Below, piece by piece: positions 51,675 to 61,874 of a DNA stretch of 64,000 nt. Source of the stretch: Polyangiales bacterium (lineage in GTDB: Bacteria > Myxococcota_A > Polyangia > Polyangiales > JADJQN01). The first letter of the stretch is position 1; each line of letters opens with the position of its first letter. The position numbers were made by a program, and so were the translations under genes. Below the pieces are notes generated by a model, which worked only from the letters and a program-made list of their open reading frames with translations, made no database searches and was not told the DNA's origin. Location: contig CAXNJO010000003.1 of the NCBI GenBank assembly GCA_964202905.1, positions 727,776 through 791,775 of the forward strand. The letters are read 5' to 3'.

Positions 51675-52434
51675 TCAGGCCTCCTCTTCGAGATCGGCTA
51701 CGGCGCCGGGGCGCCCGGGAAACGGTGGTGCGGGAGTCGCTCGCGACGTCCACGCGCAGGGCGCGGAGGGCGACGCCGCGAGTCGCGAGCGCCTTCGCGA
51801 CCGAGGGCTCGAGCGCGCGGAGCAGCGCGGCGGTGGCGCTGTTCGGGGTGAGCGCGCGCAGCGAGACGGCGCCGCCGGCGAAGGAGAGCTCGAGCCGGAT
51901 CGGGCCGAGCTCCGGGTGCACGATCTCGATGACCGCGTCGGCGCCGCCCGCGCCGAACTCGACGGCCGAGGCGTGCGCGGAGACGAGGGCCGCCATGACG
52001 GGGGTTGCGGGCGAGGCGGGGCGCGGGGGAGCGCCGGCGGGTGGCATGTCCGCGACGAGCGATGCGGACGTCGGGGCGGGCTGGATCGGGGTGGCGACCG
52101 CGCGGGAGGCCGCGGCACGGACGAGGGCCTCGACGTCGCTCGGTGACGGACCGCGGACCGCGGGGCCTGCGTCGGGCGCGTCGTTCGCCGCATTCGTGAC
52201 GTGGGCCCGCGCCGAGACGTGGGCGTGCTGCGCCGCGTGCAGGGCGAGGTCGTCGGAGCGGCCCGGCCCCTGCCCTTCGGGCGTGGTGCGGAGGGACACC
52301 CGCGCCGGCGCCGGCGCGGCGAGCGTGAGGCCGTAAAGGAGGGCGTTCACGGCGTCCGAGAGTTGGGGAGAGACATCGACGCCGAGCTCACGGACCGGGA
52401 GCTCGTACGCGCTTCCGAGCGCACTCGCCTTCAT
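51675..52434 (-). CDS. fliK: Hook-length control FliK (short); reads in frame into flgD as given
   Basis: Pro/Ala-rich N-part; IEIVHPELGPIRLEL T3S4 domain; between fliJ and flgD. Confidence 0.7.
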
Positions 52435-52865
52435 GACTGCCTCCTCGACCGCGTCGCGGCCGTCTCATCGGTGATACTCTGCTCCTGGCGCGCCTCGGCG
52501 CGCCGCGCGACCGTCACGACCCGGCGCTCGAGCTCCTCGAGCACGCGGACGTCCCGCTTGGCCTCGACCGCGCGGACCGCCGACGCTTCCCGCTCCGCGG
52601 CGCGCTCGACGACGGCCTGCTCCGCACGGCGCTGGCTCTCGACCGCGGCGCGCACCATCGTCGCCCGCAGCGCGAGCTCGTCGGGGAGCACCTCGCCCAC
52701 GCCCCGGAGCGCCTCGACCGTCGCGTCGAGATGCGCGGCGACGCGCACGGCCTCCGCCTCGGCCTGGGTGAGCGCCGCGGCGGACTCCGCCAGCTCGCCC
52801 TGACGCACCGCGAGCAGCCGCTCGCGCACGACGATGAGCCGCCCGAGGCGCTTCGCGTCCTTCAC
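52431..52865 (-). CDS. fliJ: FliJ
   Basis: After fliI; coiled coil ending EQSITDE. Confidence 0.75.
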   Translation of the reverse strand: MKDAKRLGRLIVVRERLLAVRQGELAESAAALTQAEAEAVRVAAHLDATVEALRGVGEVLPDELALRATMVRAAVESQRRAEQAVVERAAEREASAVRAVEAKRDVRVLEELERRVVTVARRAEARQEQSITDETAATRSRRQS

Positions 52866-54178
52866 GGCGCCTCCTTGTAGAGCGTGGTGAGCGCGGCGAG
52901 GGTGGTCTTGGCGGCGCACGGCTCGTCGACGCGCTGCCGCAGGAACTTCTCGACCTTCGGCATCCGCGCGAGGGCGTCGTCGAGGCGGGGCACCGCGCCG
53001 TGCCGGTACGCGCCGACCGCGACGAGGTCCTCGGCCTCGCGGTAGGAGGCGAGCGTCTCGCGGAGCTGCTGGGCGAGCGCGACGTGCTCGCGGCTCGCGA
53101 CGTGGGACATCACGCGCGATACGCTGCGCGGGACGTCGATGGCCGGGAAGCGACCCCGCTCGGCGAGCTCGCGCGAGAGCACGATGTGTCCGTCGAGGAT
53201 GGCGCGGGCGGCGTCGGCGATCGGGTCCGAGAGGTCGTCGCCCTCGACGAGGACCGTGTAGATCCCGGTGATCGAGCCGGGCCCGGTGCTCGTGCCGGCG
53301 CGCTCGAGCAGGCGGGGCAGCGAGGCGAAGACCGAGGGCGTGTAGCCCTTGGTCGTCGGCGGCTCGCCGACGGCGAGGCCGATCTCGCGCATCGCCATCG
53401 CGTAGCGGGTGACGCTGTCCATCACGAGCAGGACGTCGCGGCCCTCCTCGCGGAAGTGCTCGGCGACCGCCGTCGCGTAGAGGGCGCCGCGCACGCGGAC
53501 GAGCGGCGGATCGGCGCTCGTCGCCGCGATGACGACGCTCTTCGCGAGGCCCGCCTCGCCGAGCGTGCGGTGCACGAACTCCTCGACCTCGCGGCCGCGC
53601 TCGCCGACCAGCGCGATGACCGCGACGTCGGCGACGCTCTCGCGCACCATCATGCCGAGCAGCGTGCTCTTGCCGACGCCGCCGCCCGCGAAAATCCCGA
53701 TGCGCTGCCCCTTCGCGAGGGTCAGGGCCGCGTCGATGGCGCGGACGCCGACCCACACGGGCTCCTCGACCGCGCGGCGCCGCAGGGGGTTGATCATGAC
53801 GCCGTGCAGCGGGCGCTCCGCGTCGAGGCGCGGCGGCGGCAGCCCGTCGATGGGGCGGCCGAGCCCGTCGAGCACGCGGCCGAGCAAGCCGTCGCCGACG
53901 CGCGCTCGCGCCGAGCGGCCCACGCGCCGCAGCGGCGCCCCAGCCACCACGCCGAAGGTCGGCGCGAGCGGCATGAGCAGGGTGCGGTCGCCGCGGAGCC
54001 CGACGACCTCCGCCTCCACCGGCGCGACCCCCGGCACGAGCACCTCGAAGACGTCGCCGATCGCGGCGTTGCAGCCGCGGGCCTCGAGCACGAGGCCGAG
54101 CGCGTCGCTGAGGCGCCCCTCGATCGCGGGCTGCGCCGCGCTGCGGCCGATGGCCGCGTAGCCGCTCAGGTCGATCAC
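52862..54178 (-). CDS. fliI: Export ATPase FliI
   Basis: GGGVGKSTLL, GERGREV, DSVTR, GEPP..KGY, LDGHIVLSR. Confidence 0.97.
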   Translation of the reverse strand: MIDLSGYAAIGRSAAQPAIEGRLSDALGLVLEARGCNAAIGDVFEVLVPGVAPVEAEVVGLRGDRTLLMPLAPTFGVVAGAPLRRVGRSARARVGDGLLGRVLDGLGRPIDGLPPPRLDAERPLHGVMINPLRRRAVEEPVWVGVRAIDAALTLAKGQRIGIFAGGGVGKSTLLGMMVRESVADVAVIALVGERGREVEEFVHRTLGEAGLAKSVVIAATSADPPLVRVRGALYATAVAEHFREEGRDVLLVMDSVTRYAMAMREIGLAVGEPPTTKGYTPSVFASLPRLLERAGTSTGPGSITGIYTVLVEGDDLSDPIADAARAILDGHIVLSRELAERGRFPAIDVPRSVSRVMSHVASREHVALAQQLRETLASYREAEDLVAVGAYRHGAVPRLDDALARMPKVEKFLRQRVDEPCAAKTTLAALTTLYKEAP

Positions 54179-54984
54179 GACGTCACCTCCGCCTCGCGAC
54201 GACGGCGCTCGTCCTGCATCGCGCGGAGCGCCGAGCGCAGGCGCTCGCCCACCCGGCCGTCCACGCGCGAGTCCGGCCCCTCGACGACGACGCCGACACC
54301 CTCGAGCTTTGTATCAAGAACGACACGAACCGGCACGCCCTCGAACTCGATGTGCGGGTCACCAAAAGTATCGACGATGGCACTGTACGAAGCGCGCGAC
54401 GCCCGCACGCTGGTCGGCTCGATCCCCTCGAGCGAGGCGAGCGCGGACCGCGCGAGCGTCCCGAGGAGCTCCGGTTCCCGCGTGATCTCGCGCTCGACGA
54501 GGACCTCGGCCAGTTGTACGGCGAGCTCGAGCAGCTGCGCCTCGACGGCGGCGAGCGCGCGGCGACCGGCCGTCGCGTGCTCGACCACGGCGCGCGCGAA
54601 GGCTTCTGCGTGCGGGTCGCGCTGGGGCGCAGGGGTCGACTCGACGCGCGGAGGCGCCGAGCCCGGGCGGGCGAGCGCGGCGTCGGCGCGGGGCGCCTCG
54701 GGCGCAGCGGGCGGCACGGACGAGACGCGCGGGGCCGGCGGCTCGATCGACGGGGGCGCGCCGACGGGGGGCGCGGGCGGGGCGACCGCGATGCGGCGCG
54801 CGCGCTCCTCGGTGGCGGCGGCGGCGGCGGCGTAGAGCTGCTCTTCCTCGGGGGAAAGTCCGGCCTCGAACTCGCCCTCGTCCGCGCCCCCGAAGAGCGG
54901 CCGGATGCTCATCCGGCCGGCATCGACGAGCCAGGGCGCAGGCTTCAGCGACGTGTCGCTCACGGCGAAGCTCACCGGCTTCAC
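54175..54984 (-). CDS. fliH: FliH
   Basis: Between fliG and fliI; LLELAVQLAE, G..VEG..VDG; start uncertain. Confidence 0.75.
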   Translation of the reverse strand: MKPVSFAVSDTSLKPAPWLVDAGRMSIRPLFGGADEGEFEAGLSPEEEQLYAAAAAATEERARRIAVAPPAPPVGAPPSIEPPAPRVSSVPPAAPEAPRADAALARPGSAPPRVESTPAPQRDPHAEAFARAVVEHATAGRRALAAVEAQLLELAVQLAEVLVEREITREPELLGTLARSALASLEGIEPTSVRASRASYSAIVDTFGDPHIEFEGVPVRVVLDTKLEGVGVVVEGPDSRVDGRVGERLRSALRAMQDERRRREAEVTS

Positions 54985-55027
54985 CGCGAGGCCACGGTGC
55001 GACTTCTCCGAACGGGTGGCGCGCGGC

Positions 55028-56098
55028 TCAGACAAAGTCGGCCTCCCCCTCGCGACGGATCTGGATCGTGCCGTCCGCCTCGAGCTCGAGCGCGGCGTCG
55101 ACGATCGCGGCCTGGGCGTTCTCGACATCGGTGATGCGCACGGCGCCGAGCAGCTCCAGCTCCTCGCGCAGCATGCCGGCCGCGCGCGTCGAGAGACTCC
55201 CGAGGATCTTCTCGCGCAGCTCGGCGCTCGCCGTCTTCAGCGCGATGACGAGCTGGTCGGTCGCGACCGACTTGAGCAGCGCCTGCATGCCGCGCGCGTC
55301 GATGCCGCGGAGATCCTCGAACGTGAAGAGCGCCTTCTTGATCTTGTCGGCGGTGTGCGCGTCGGTCTCGGCGAGACCGGAGAGCAGGACCTGCGTGTCC
55401 TCGCGGCCGAGCCGCTTGACGAGCGCGGCGGCGACCTCGAGGCCGTCGACGGTGGCGGGGCGGGCCGCGCCGTCCGCGGGGATCTCCGCGGCGAGCTGCG
55501 CCTCGATGGCCTGGATCACGTCGTCGGGCACGGCCTCGAGCCGCGCGAGGCGCTGCACGATGGCGACGCGGCGCTCGGGGCTCGTCCGCGCGACGACCTC
55601 CGCGGCGCGGGCCGCCGACACGCGCGAGAGCACGACCGCAGCCGTCTGCGCGGACTCCTCCTCGAGGATCGCCGCGAGGGTATCGGTGTCGAGACGTCCG
55701 ACGATCGCGCCGGCCGGCTCCTTCTGCTCGTCCGCGAACACGGCCGAGGCGGGTCCATCACCCAGCGCGCGCGTCGTGAGCTTGCGGAGGTAGGCCGTCG
55801 AGCCCTCGAGCGTGGGCGTGATACCGAGCTTCGCGCGCTCCGCGAACTCGCGGTGAACGAAGTGCACGGCCGAGGGCGAGACCCGCTTGGTCTTCTCGCT
55901 CGCCGCGCGCAGCGCGCGGAGCTCGGTCTCGCTGAGGAGCTTGATGATCGAGGCGGCCACCGCCTCGTCGAGGCTGAGCAGGAAGAGCAGCGCCTTCTGC
56001 GGACCGCTCATCGAGAGCGTCTCGCGGGCGACGGCGGTGTTCGGGGCCGGGACGATGCTGACGGGACCAGCGCCGTTCGGCGGAGTGTCGTCGCTCAT
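55028..56098 (-). CDS. fliG: Rotor FliG
   Basis: SGPQKA, EESAQTAA, LFTFEDL, LSTRAA.MLREE. Confidence 0.93.
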   Translation of the reverse strand: MSDDTPPNGAGPVSIVPAPNTAVARETLSMSGPQKALLFLLSLDEAVAASIIKLLSETELRALRAASEKTKRVSPSAVHFVHREFAERAKLGITPTLEGSTAYLRKLTTRALGDGPASAVFADEQKEPAGAIVGRLDTDTLAAILEEESAQTAAVVLSRVSAARAAEVVARTSPERRVAIVQRLARLEAVPDDVIQAIEAQLAAEIPADGAARPATVDGLEVAAALVKRLGREDTQVLLSGLAETDAHTADKIKKALFTFEDLRGIDARGMQALLKSVATDQLVIALKTASAELREKILGSLSTRAAGMLREELELLGAVRITDVENAQAAIVDAALELEADGTIQIRREGEADFV

Positions 56099-57720
56099 GC
56101 GGCCTCCGAGAGCCAGCCGCGCACGATGTGGGCGGCGAGGTTGGGATCCTCACGGACGATGTCCGACGCGAGCATCGGGGCCCGCACGCCGCTCGCGGGC
56201 GTCGGCGTCGGGCGGCCGTCGAGGGGCTGGGCGTCCACGGACACCGAGACGGGCCCGCCGAGGGCCTCGGCCACGGCGCCGGACTCCCCGGTCGCGAGCA
56301 CCAGCCCGGCGGACGGCGCGAGCGCCGCCTGGTTCTTCTTGCTGCGACGACGCAGGACGAAGAGCACGACCGCGAGGGCGAGCAGGGCCGCGAGGCCGAT
56401 CCCCGCATAGAGGCCGTACTGCTTGGCCAGAACCTGGATGGCGTCGGCCGCGGGCTCGCCCGCCACAGCGGGGACCGCCGCGAACTGGACGTTCTCGACC
56501 GTCACGCGGTCGCCGCGGTCTGCCTGGGAGCCGATCGCGCTCTCGACGATCGTGCGGATGCGCGTGATCTCCTCCGCCGGGCGCGCACGGTAGCGACGCT
56601 GCGCGCCGGCGCCCGTCCACGTGCCGTCGACGACGACCGCGACGTCGAGGCGCGTGACGCGTCCAACCGGCTCGATGGCGCGCGTCGTGACCTTGCTGAC
56701 CTCGTAGTTGCGGGTCTCGCTGCGGCGCGAGAGACCATCATCGCCGGTGGTACCCGTCGTCGGCGTCTCGCCGCCGGGGAGGTTCGACGGCGTGCCCGGC
56801 ACGCCCTCGGCGGTCGGGCCCGCCGCGCCGTTGCGCTCTTCGGTGATCTGGAAGCTGCGGGTCGCGATGGTCGAGGGATCGAAGCGCTCCTCGGTGCGCT
56901 CTTCCCGCGCGAAGGTCATGTCGGCCGCGACGCGGACGACGGCGACGCCGGGCCCGAGCGTCGCGTCGAGCAGCTGCTGCACCGCGCGCTCCTTGCTGTG
57001 CTCGTACGAGCGCCGGACCTCGAGCGAGCGGGTCGCGAGCTCATCCTCCGCCTGCTCGCCGCCCGCGAGGGGACGCCCGTCGCCGTCGACGACGGTGACG
57101 CTCTCGGGCGCGAGGCCACGCACCGACGAAGCCACCAGGTGCACGACGCCGCGCACGCGCTCGTCGGCGAGGCGCGCGCCGGGGCGCAGCTTGACGACGA
57201 CCGAGGCGGTGGCCTGCGACTCGTCCGCCGCGAACAGGTTGCGCTGCGGCAGCACGAGGTGGACGCGCGCGCTCTCGACGCCGGCGAGGTGGCCGATCGT
57301 GCGGGAGAGCTCGCCCTCGAGGGCGCGGTGGTACTTCACCTGCTCGGCGAACTCGCTCTCGCCGAAGCGCTGCTCGTCGAAGATCTCGAAGCCCACGCCG
57401 CCGCCGCGCGGCAGCCCCTCGGCCGCGAGCGCGAGGCGCGTCTCGTGGACGCTCGCCTCGGGCACCCACACCTGCGTGCCTGAGCGCTCGAGCTTGAACG
57501 GCACCTGCTTCTCGCGAAGCCGCTCGACGACCGCACCCGCATCCGCCTCCTCGAGGTTCGCGTAGAGCAGCGCGTAGGCCGGCTCGGCGTCGCGGAGCAG
57601 CGAGAACGCCGCGACCGCGATCGTGACGAGCACGCCTGCGAGGATGCCCCAGCGCGCGCGCCCCGGGAGCGCGTCGAAGCGCTCGCGTGCGGCCGAGAAG
57701 CGGGTGCGGAACTCTTCCAT
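56095..57720 (-). CDS. fliF: MS-ring FliF
   Basis: GFEIFD, RALEGELSRTI, ARVHL, NYEVS, two TM helices. Confidence 0.96.
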   Translation of the reverse strand: MEEFRTRFSAARERFDALPGRARWGILAGVLVTIAVAAFSLLRDAEPAYALLYANLEEADAGAVVERLREKQVPFKLERSGTQVWVPEASVHETRLALAAEGLPRGGGVGFEIFDEQRFGESEFAEQVKYHRALEGELSRTIGHLAGVESARVHLVLPQRNLFAADESQATASVVVKLRPGARLADERVRGVVHLVASSVRGLAPESVTVVDGDGRPLAGGEQAEDELATRSLEVRRSYEHSKERAVQQLLDATLGPGVAVVRVAADMTFAREERTEERFDPSTIATRSFQITEERNGAAGPTAEGVPGTPSNLPGGETPTTGTTGDDGLSRRSETRNYEVSKVTTRAIEPVGRVTRLDVAVVVDGTWTGAGAQRRYRARPAEEITRIRTIVESAIGSQADRGDRVTVENVQFAAVPAVAGEPAADAIQVLAKQYGLYAGIGLAALLALAVVLFVLRRRSKKNQAALAPSAGLVLATGESGAVAEALGGPVSVSVDAQPLDGRPTPTPASGVRAPMLASDIVREDPNLAAHIVRGWLSEAA

Positions 57721-57728
57721 GATGCGCC

Positions 57729-58037
57729 TCAGGCCCCCATCCGCATGACTTCGCGATAGGCCTCGAGGCAGCGGTTACGCACGCTGGCGAGGAGCCGGAT
57801 GGAGATGTCGGCCTGCGCGCCGGCGATCATCGTGCCGTGCAGGTCGTTCTGCCGACCCGCGGCGTACTCGTTGGCGAGCACCTCCGCGGCGCGGCTGCGC
57901 TCGTCCGCGCTCGCCGCGATGTCGCGCACCTGCTGGCCGAAGGACGTGCCGCCGACGCCCGGGGTCTCCGGGCGCTCGATGCGCGGCAACTCCAACGGGA
58001 GCGCGCGACCGCCGACTGCCGTGAGGTTGGCCGCCAT
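57729..58037 (-). CDS. fliE: FliE
   Basis: LH..MIA, VRNR.LEAYREVMRM. Confidence 0.93.
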   Translation of the reverse strand: MAANLTAVGGRALPLELPRIERPETPGVGGTSFGQQVRDIAASADERSRAAEVLANEYAAGRQNDLHGTMIAGAQADISIRLLASVRNRCLEAYREVMRMGA

Positions 58038-58042
58038 GACGA

Positions 58043-58480
58043 TCAGCCCGCGATCGACAGCGCGGAGCGCGCCATCCCCTTGATGGACTGCATGGCGGTG
58101 ACGCCCGCCTCGTAGGCGCGCGAGGCGGTGATCATGTTGACCATCTCCTCGACGACGTTGATGTTCGGCAGCGCCACGTAGCCGCGCGCGTCCGCGTCCG
58201 GGTGCGTGGGGTCGTAGACGAGCTGCGGCGGGGCCTGGTCCTGACGGATCTGGCTGACCTCGACGGTCGAGGCCGACTGCGCCGCGCTGTCGCCGACGAG
58301 CTCGCCGAAGCGCGTGCCGACGGGCACGGCCTGAAACACGGCGTCGAGACGCTGGTAAGGGCCGCCCGCCGCGGTGCGCGTGGTGCGCGCGTTCGCGAGG
58401 TTGGACGCGAGGACGTTCATCCGCGTCCGCTGCGCGTCGAGACCGGACGCGGTGATGGTCATGGCCGTGAAGAAGTTCAT
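58043..58480 (-). CDS. flgC: Rod FlgC
   Basis: ASGLDAQR.RM, NLANA, YDPTHPDA, ASRAYEA. Confidence 0.97.
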   Translation of the reverse strand: MNFFTAMTITASGLDAQRTRMNVLASNLANARTTRTAAGGPYQRLDAVFQAVPVGTRFGELVGDSAAQSASTVEVSQIRQDQAPPQLVYDPTHPDADARGYVALPNINVVEEMVNMITASRAYEAGVTAMQSIKGMARSALSIAG

Positions 58481-58515
58481 CGCTGAGTCCTCCTGCGTGT
58501 GAAAACCGATGGAGA

Positions 58516-58917
58516 TCAGCCGCCCGTGCCGTCGTTCGCGGCGTAGCGGAGCATCGCGAGTTTGCCGATGACGATCTTCACCGCGCCGTCGTAGCGGAGG
58601 TCGTTGGCCGCGAGCTTCGACATCTCGCGCTCGAGAGAGACCGAGTTCCCGTCGAGGCCGCCGGACACGGTCGTGTCCTCCGAGGCCTCGACGACGAGGC
58701 CGGAGAGCTCGCCGCCCGACATCCGGAAGTGCGCGCCATCGGTCGCCGCGAGCGCACGCGGCGCGCCGTCGCCGCCGTCGTCCGAGCGCAGCAGCTCCTG
58801 CGGACGGAACCCGGGCGTGTCGACGTTGGCGACGTTCGATGAGATCACGCTGTGGCGCTGGAGGTGGTAGTCCAGCGCGCGGTGCATCAGGCCCACGGAG
58901 CGGAAGAGGTCGGTCAC
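58516..58917 (-). CDS. flgB: Rod FlgB
   Basis: SSNVANVDTPGF, DGNSVSLEREM. Confidence 0.93.
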   Translation of the reverse strand: MTDLFRSVGLMHRALDYHLQRHSVISSNVANVDTPGFRPQELLRSDDGGDGAPRALAATDGAHFRMSGGELSGLVVEASEDTTVSGGLDGNSVSLEREMSKLAANDLRYDGAVKIVIGKLAMLRYAANDGTGG

Positions 58918-58930
58918 GATGACCCCTCCA

Positions 58931-58946
58931 AGCATCCCGCGTGCCA
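58931..58946 (-). promoter_or_regulatory. sigma54 promoter of flgB
   Basis: TGGCACGCGGGATGCT. Confidence 0.72.
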
Positions 58947-59120
58947 TCCGTGATCCGCCGGAGAATCAGTCCTTTTTCGGCGATCTTCCCGCGATCGAGC
59001 GCTGGGCCTGCCAAGGGCCTGACGATTCCCCGACGGGGACCGACGGAACGCCGACGGGGGCCGCGAGCTGCCTCGTGACCCCCGTTCGGTCGGCGCCGAG
59101 GCGCCCTCCCCCGCTGCCGC

Positions 59121-60569
59121 TCAGGCGACGTTCGAGTCGGGCGTGCCGGGCGTCTCGTCGCGCCCGCCGGTTCCGAAGTCGCGCTTCTTGAGCTTCTCGA
59201 CGAGCGTCGTGCGGTTCATCTGCAGGATCGCCGCCGCGCGGTTCTTGTTCCAGCCGGAGCGCTCGAGCGCCTGCCGGATGAGCGCGTTCTCGAAGCGCTC
59301 GACCGCGTCGCGCAGGTCGATGCCCTCGGTCGGGAGCATCGGCTCCGACATGATGTCGCGCTCGAGCTCGAGCACGGGGGCGGAGTTGCGGATGCGCTCG
59401 GGCACGTCGTCGAGGTCGAGCTGCCCGCCCGCCGAGAGCAGCACCATGCGCTCGATCGTGTTCTCGATCTGGCGGATGTTGCCGGGCCAGTTGTAGGCGA
59501 GCAGCAGCTCGAGCGCGCGCCCGGTGATGCCGGTGATGCTGCGGTTCCGTCGCTCGTTGGTGCGCTCGATGAAGTGGCGCACGAGCTTGGGGATGTCGGT
59601 GCGCCGCTCGCGGATCGGCGGGAGGTGGATGGGGATGACGTCGAGCCGGTAGAGCAGATCCTCGCGGAAACGGCCCTCCGCGACCATCTTCTCGAGGTCG
59701 CGGTTGGTGGCCGTGACCACGCGCGCGTCGAAGCGCTGCGCGCGCCCTTCGCCGACGGGCGTGACCTCGCGCTCCTGCAGGACGCGCAACAGCTTTGCCT
59801 GCACCGCCAGCGGGAGCTCGCCCACCTCGTCGAGAAAGAGCGTGCCGCCGCTCGCCTGCATGAAGCGACCGACGCGCGCGCCGACGGCGCCCGTGAACGA
59901 CCCGCGCGCGTGGCCGAAGAGCTCGCTCTCGACGAGATTCTCGGGGATCGCCGCGCAATTGACGGGCACGAAGGGCCGGTGCCGGCGCCCGCTCGCCGCG
60001 TGCAGCGCGCGCGCGACGAGCTCCTTGCCGGTGCCGCTCTCGCCCGTCACGAGCACGGTGCAGTCGGTGTCGGCGACGCGCTCGAGGACGCTGAAGACGC
60101 GGCGCAGCTTCGGGTCCTCGCCCACCATCGAGCCCGCGTACGCCGAGTGCCAGTCCTTCGGCGCGGCGCGCCCGGGCCCGCGCTCGGTGGGCCGCTGCTG
60201 CTGCTCGCGGCGGGTGGCCGCGCGCTCGAGCGACTCGTCGAGCGCGTCGAGGGAGAAGGGCTTGAGGAGGAAGTCCGCGGCCCCGCAGCGCAGCGCGCGC
60301 ACGGGCAGGTCCGCGGCGTCGTTGCCGGTCATCACCACGAGCGAGGCGCCACGCAGGGGCTCCTCGAGCGCGAGCGCGAGCGCGAAGGCGTCGCCGTCCG
60401 GGAGCATCACGTCGCACAGGACCACGTCGGGGATGCCGTCCGCCTCGACCACGTCGAGCGCTTCGGCCGCCGTGCCCGCCTCCGCCACGTCCCAGCCGCG
60501 CGCGTCGAGATGACGGCGCAGCGACCCCCGAAACGACGTCTCGTCTTCGACGATCAGGATTCGCGGCAT
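59121..60569 (-). CDS. sigma54-dependent activator (REC-AAA+-HTH), probable flagellar master regulator
   Basis: [45 protein letters not shown]. Confidence 0.92.
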   Translation of the reverse strand: MPRILIVEDETSFRGSLRRHLDARGWDVAEAGTAAEALDVVEADGIPDVVLCDVMLPDGDAFALALALEEPLRGASLVVMTGNDAADLPVRALRCGAADFLLKPFSLDALDESLERAATRREQQQRPTERGPGRAAPKDWHSAYAGSMVGEDPKLRRVFSVLERVADTDCTVLVTGESGTGKELVARALHAASGRRHRPFVPVNCAAIPENLVESELFGHARGSFTGAVGARVGRFMQASGGTLFLDEVGELPLAVQAKLLRVLQEREVTPVGEGRAQRFDARVVTATNRDLEKMVAEGRFREDLLYRLDVIPIHLPPIRERRTDIPKLVRHFIERTNERRNRSITGITGRALELLLAYNWPGNIRQIENTIERMVLLSAGGQLDLDDVPERIRNSAPVLELERDIMSEPMLPTEGIDLRDAVERFENALIRQALERSGWNKNRAAAILQMNRTTLVEKLKKRDFGTGGRDETPGTPDSNVA

Positions 60570-60748
60570 GGTCGACCTCCCGGAACAGCGAAACTTCTCT
60601 GCAGAGCGGACAGCCGTGCGCAGAAGCGTCCAACACGGACGGTAACGGACAAGACTCGAGGGGGGCCAACTTTTTTCCCAACGGAACATGCGACATGTAC
60701 GTTCCCGCGGGCCTCGCCCCGCACGCCGCGCGGGCCCATGGTGCCCGC

Positions 60749-61348
60749 ATGCGCCGCGTCCCTCTGCTGCTGCTGCCCCTCGCGCTCGTCGTCCCCCAGC
60801 CAGCGTGCGGCGGCCCCACCCACGCCGATCCGTCGCGCGCGCCCCTCGCCTCCACCGCGCCCGGCCCGTCGCCCACCGCGACCGCGCCCACCGCGTCCGC
60901 GCCCACCGAGCGAGCCGCATTGCCCCGCGCGGGTGGGCGCGCATGGCCGCCGGTCGGCGAGCGCGTCACGCACACCGACGCGGCGTGGCGGCGCCTGCTG
61001 ACGCCCGCGCAATACGAGATCCTCCGCGAGCACGGCACCGAGCCCGCCGGCTCCGGCGAATACGCCCACCACCACGCGGCGGGCGTCTACGCCTGCGCGG
61101 GCTGCGGCGCGCCGCTCTTCCGCGCCGCGGACAAGTTCGAGTCCGGCACCGGCTGGCCGAGCTTCACGCGCCCCTTCGAACCCGGCCGCGTCACGGTCCG
61201 CACCGACACGAGCTATGGCATGATCCGCCGCGCGCTCGCGTGCGCGCGCTGCGACGGGCACCTCGGCCACGTCTTCGACGACGGCCCGCCCCCGACGGGC
61301 CAGCGCCACTGCATCGACTCGCTCTCGCTCGCGTTCGTGCCCGACTGA
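60749..61348 (+). CDS. msrB: Methionine-R-sulfoxide reductase with signal/lipoprotein extension
   Basis: GTE, CAGC, SGTGWPSF, CARCDGHLGHVFDDGP..TGQRHC. Confidence 0.92.
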   Translation: MRRVPLLLLPLALVVPQPACGGPTHADPSRAPLASTAPGPSPTATAPTASAPTERAALPRAGGRAWPPVGERVTHTDAAWRRLLTPAQYEILREHGTEPAGSGEYAHHHAAGVYACAGCGAPLFRAADKFESGTGWPSFTRPFEPGRVTVRTDTSYGMIRRALACARCDGHLGHVFDDGPPPTGQRHCIDSLSLAFVPD

Positions 61349-61459
61349 ATCAGGCCCGAGTGACTGAATCGGGCCCGACGGCTCGGCGCGCGCGGGCCCG
61401 AGAGCTCGGCGCGCGCGGAGCTGCGCGAGGCGCCGAGACGGCCCGCCGACCCCCGGGAA

Positions 61460-61843
61460 TCAGGCGCTTTCGGGGTCGCGGTGCGCGAGATCGGGCGCGA
61501 AGGCCGGCAGGCACACCGCGAAATACTCGCTCTCCTCGGCGTACGGGTTCGCGTAGCGCACGCGCACGCCGGGCTCGAGCCAGATCGCCTGCCCCGCGCG
61601 CACCTCGACGACCTCCGCGCCCTCGTCGCCGAGCTCGACGCGCATCGCGCCGCGCACCATCACCGTCAGCTCCGCGAACGCGGGCGTCTGCGGGGGCTCG
61701 CCCCAGCCGGGCGGCGCGACCATGTGCGCGACGCTCACGGCCGCGTTCCCCGTGCGCACGCGCCCGACGTACTCCTCGATCAGCTTGCCGCCCGGGACGG
61801 GGATGCGCGTCGGCGCGTCGATCAGCATGTAGCGATGCGTCAT
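61460..61843 (-). CDS. Cupin domain protein
   Basis: [31 protein letters not shown]. Confidence 0.8.
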   Translation of the reverse strand: MTHRYMLIDAPTRIPVPGGKLIEEYVGRVRTGNAAVSVAHMVAPPGWGEPPQTPAFAELTVMVRGAMRVELGDEGAEVVEVRAGQAIWLEPGVRVRYANPYAEESEYFAVCLPAFAPDLAHRDPESA

Positions 61844-61874
61844 GCACGCCTTGTAGCGGCGCTCGGCGCGCGTG

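Noticed and set aside
41332..57720. Non-flagellar type III injectisome
   Set aside because: Rod, hook, L/P rings, flagellin and stator are present; no secretin
58998..59013. Second GG-N10-GC element upstream of flgB
   Set aside because: Poorer match (no GGCAC or TGC) than the 58931-58946 site
61343..61378. 17-bp direct repeat GACTGAATC(A/G)GGCCCGA at the msrB stop
   Set aside because: Only two copies and no associated element; probably a local duplication
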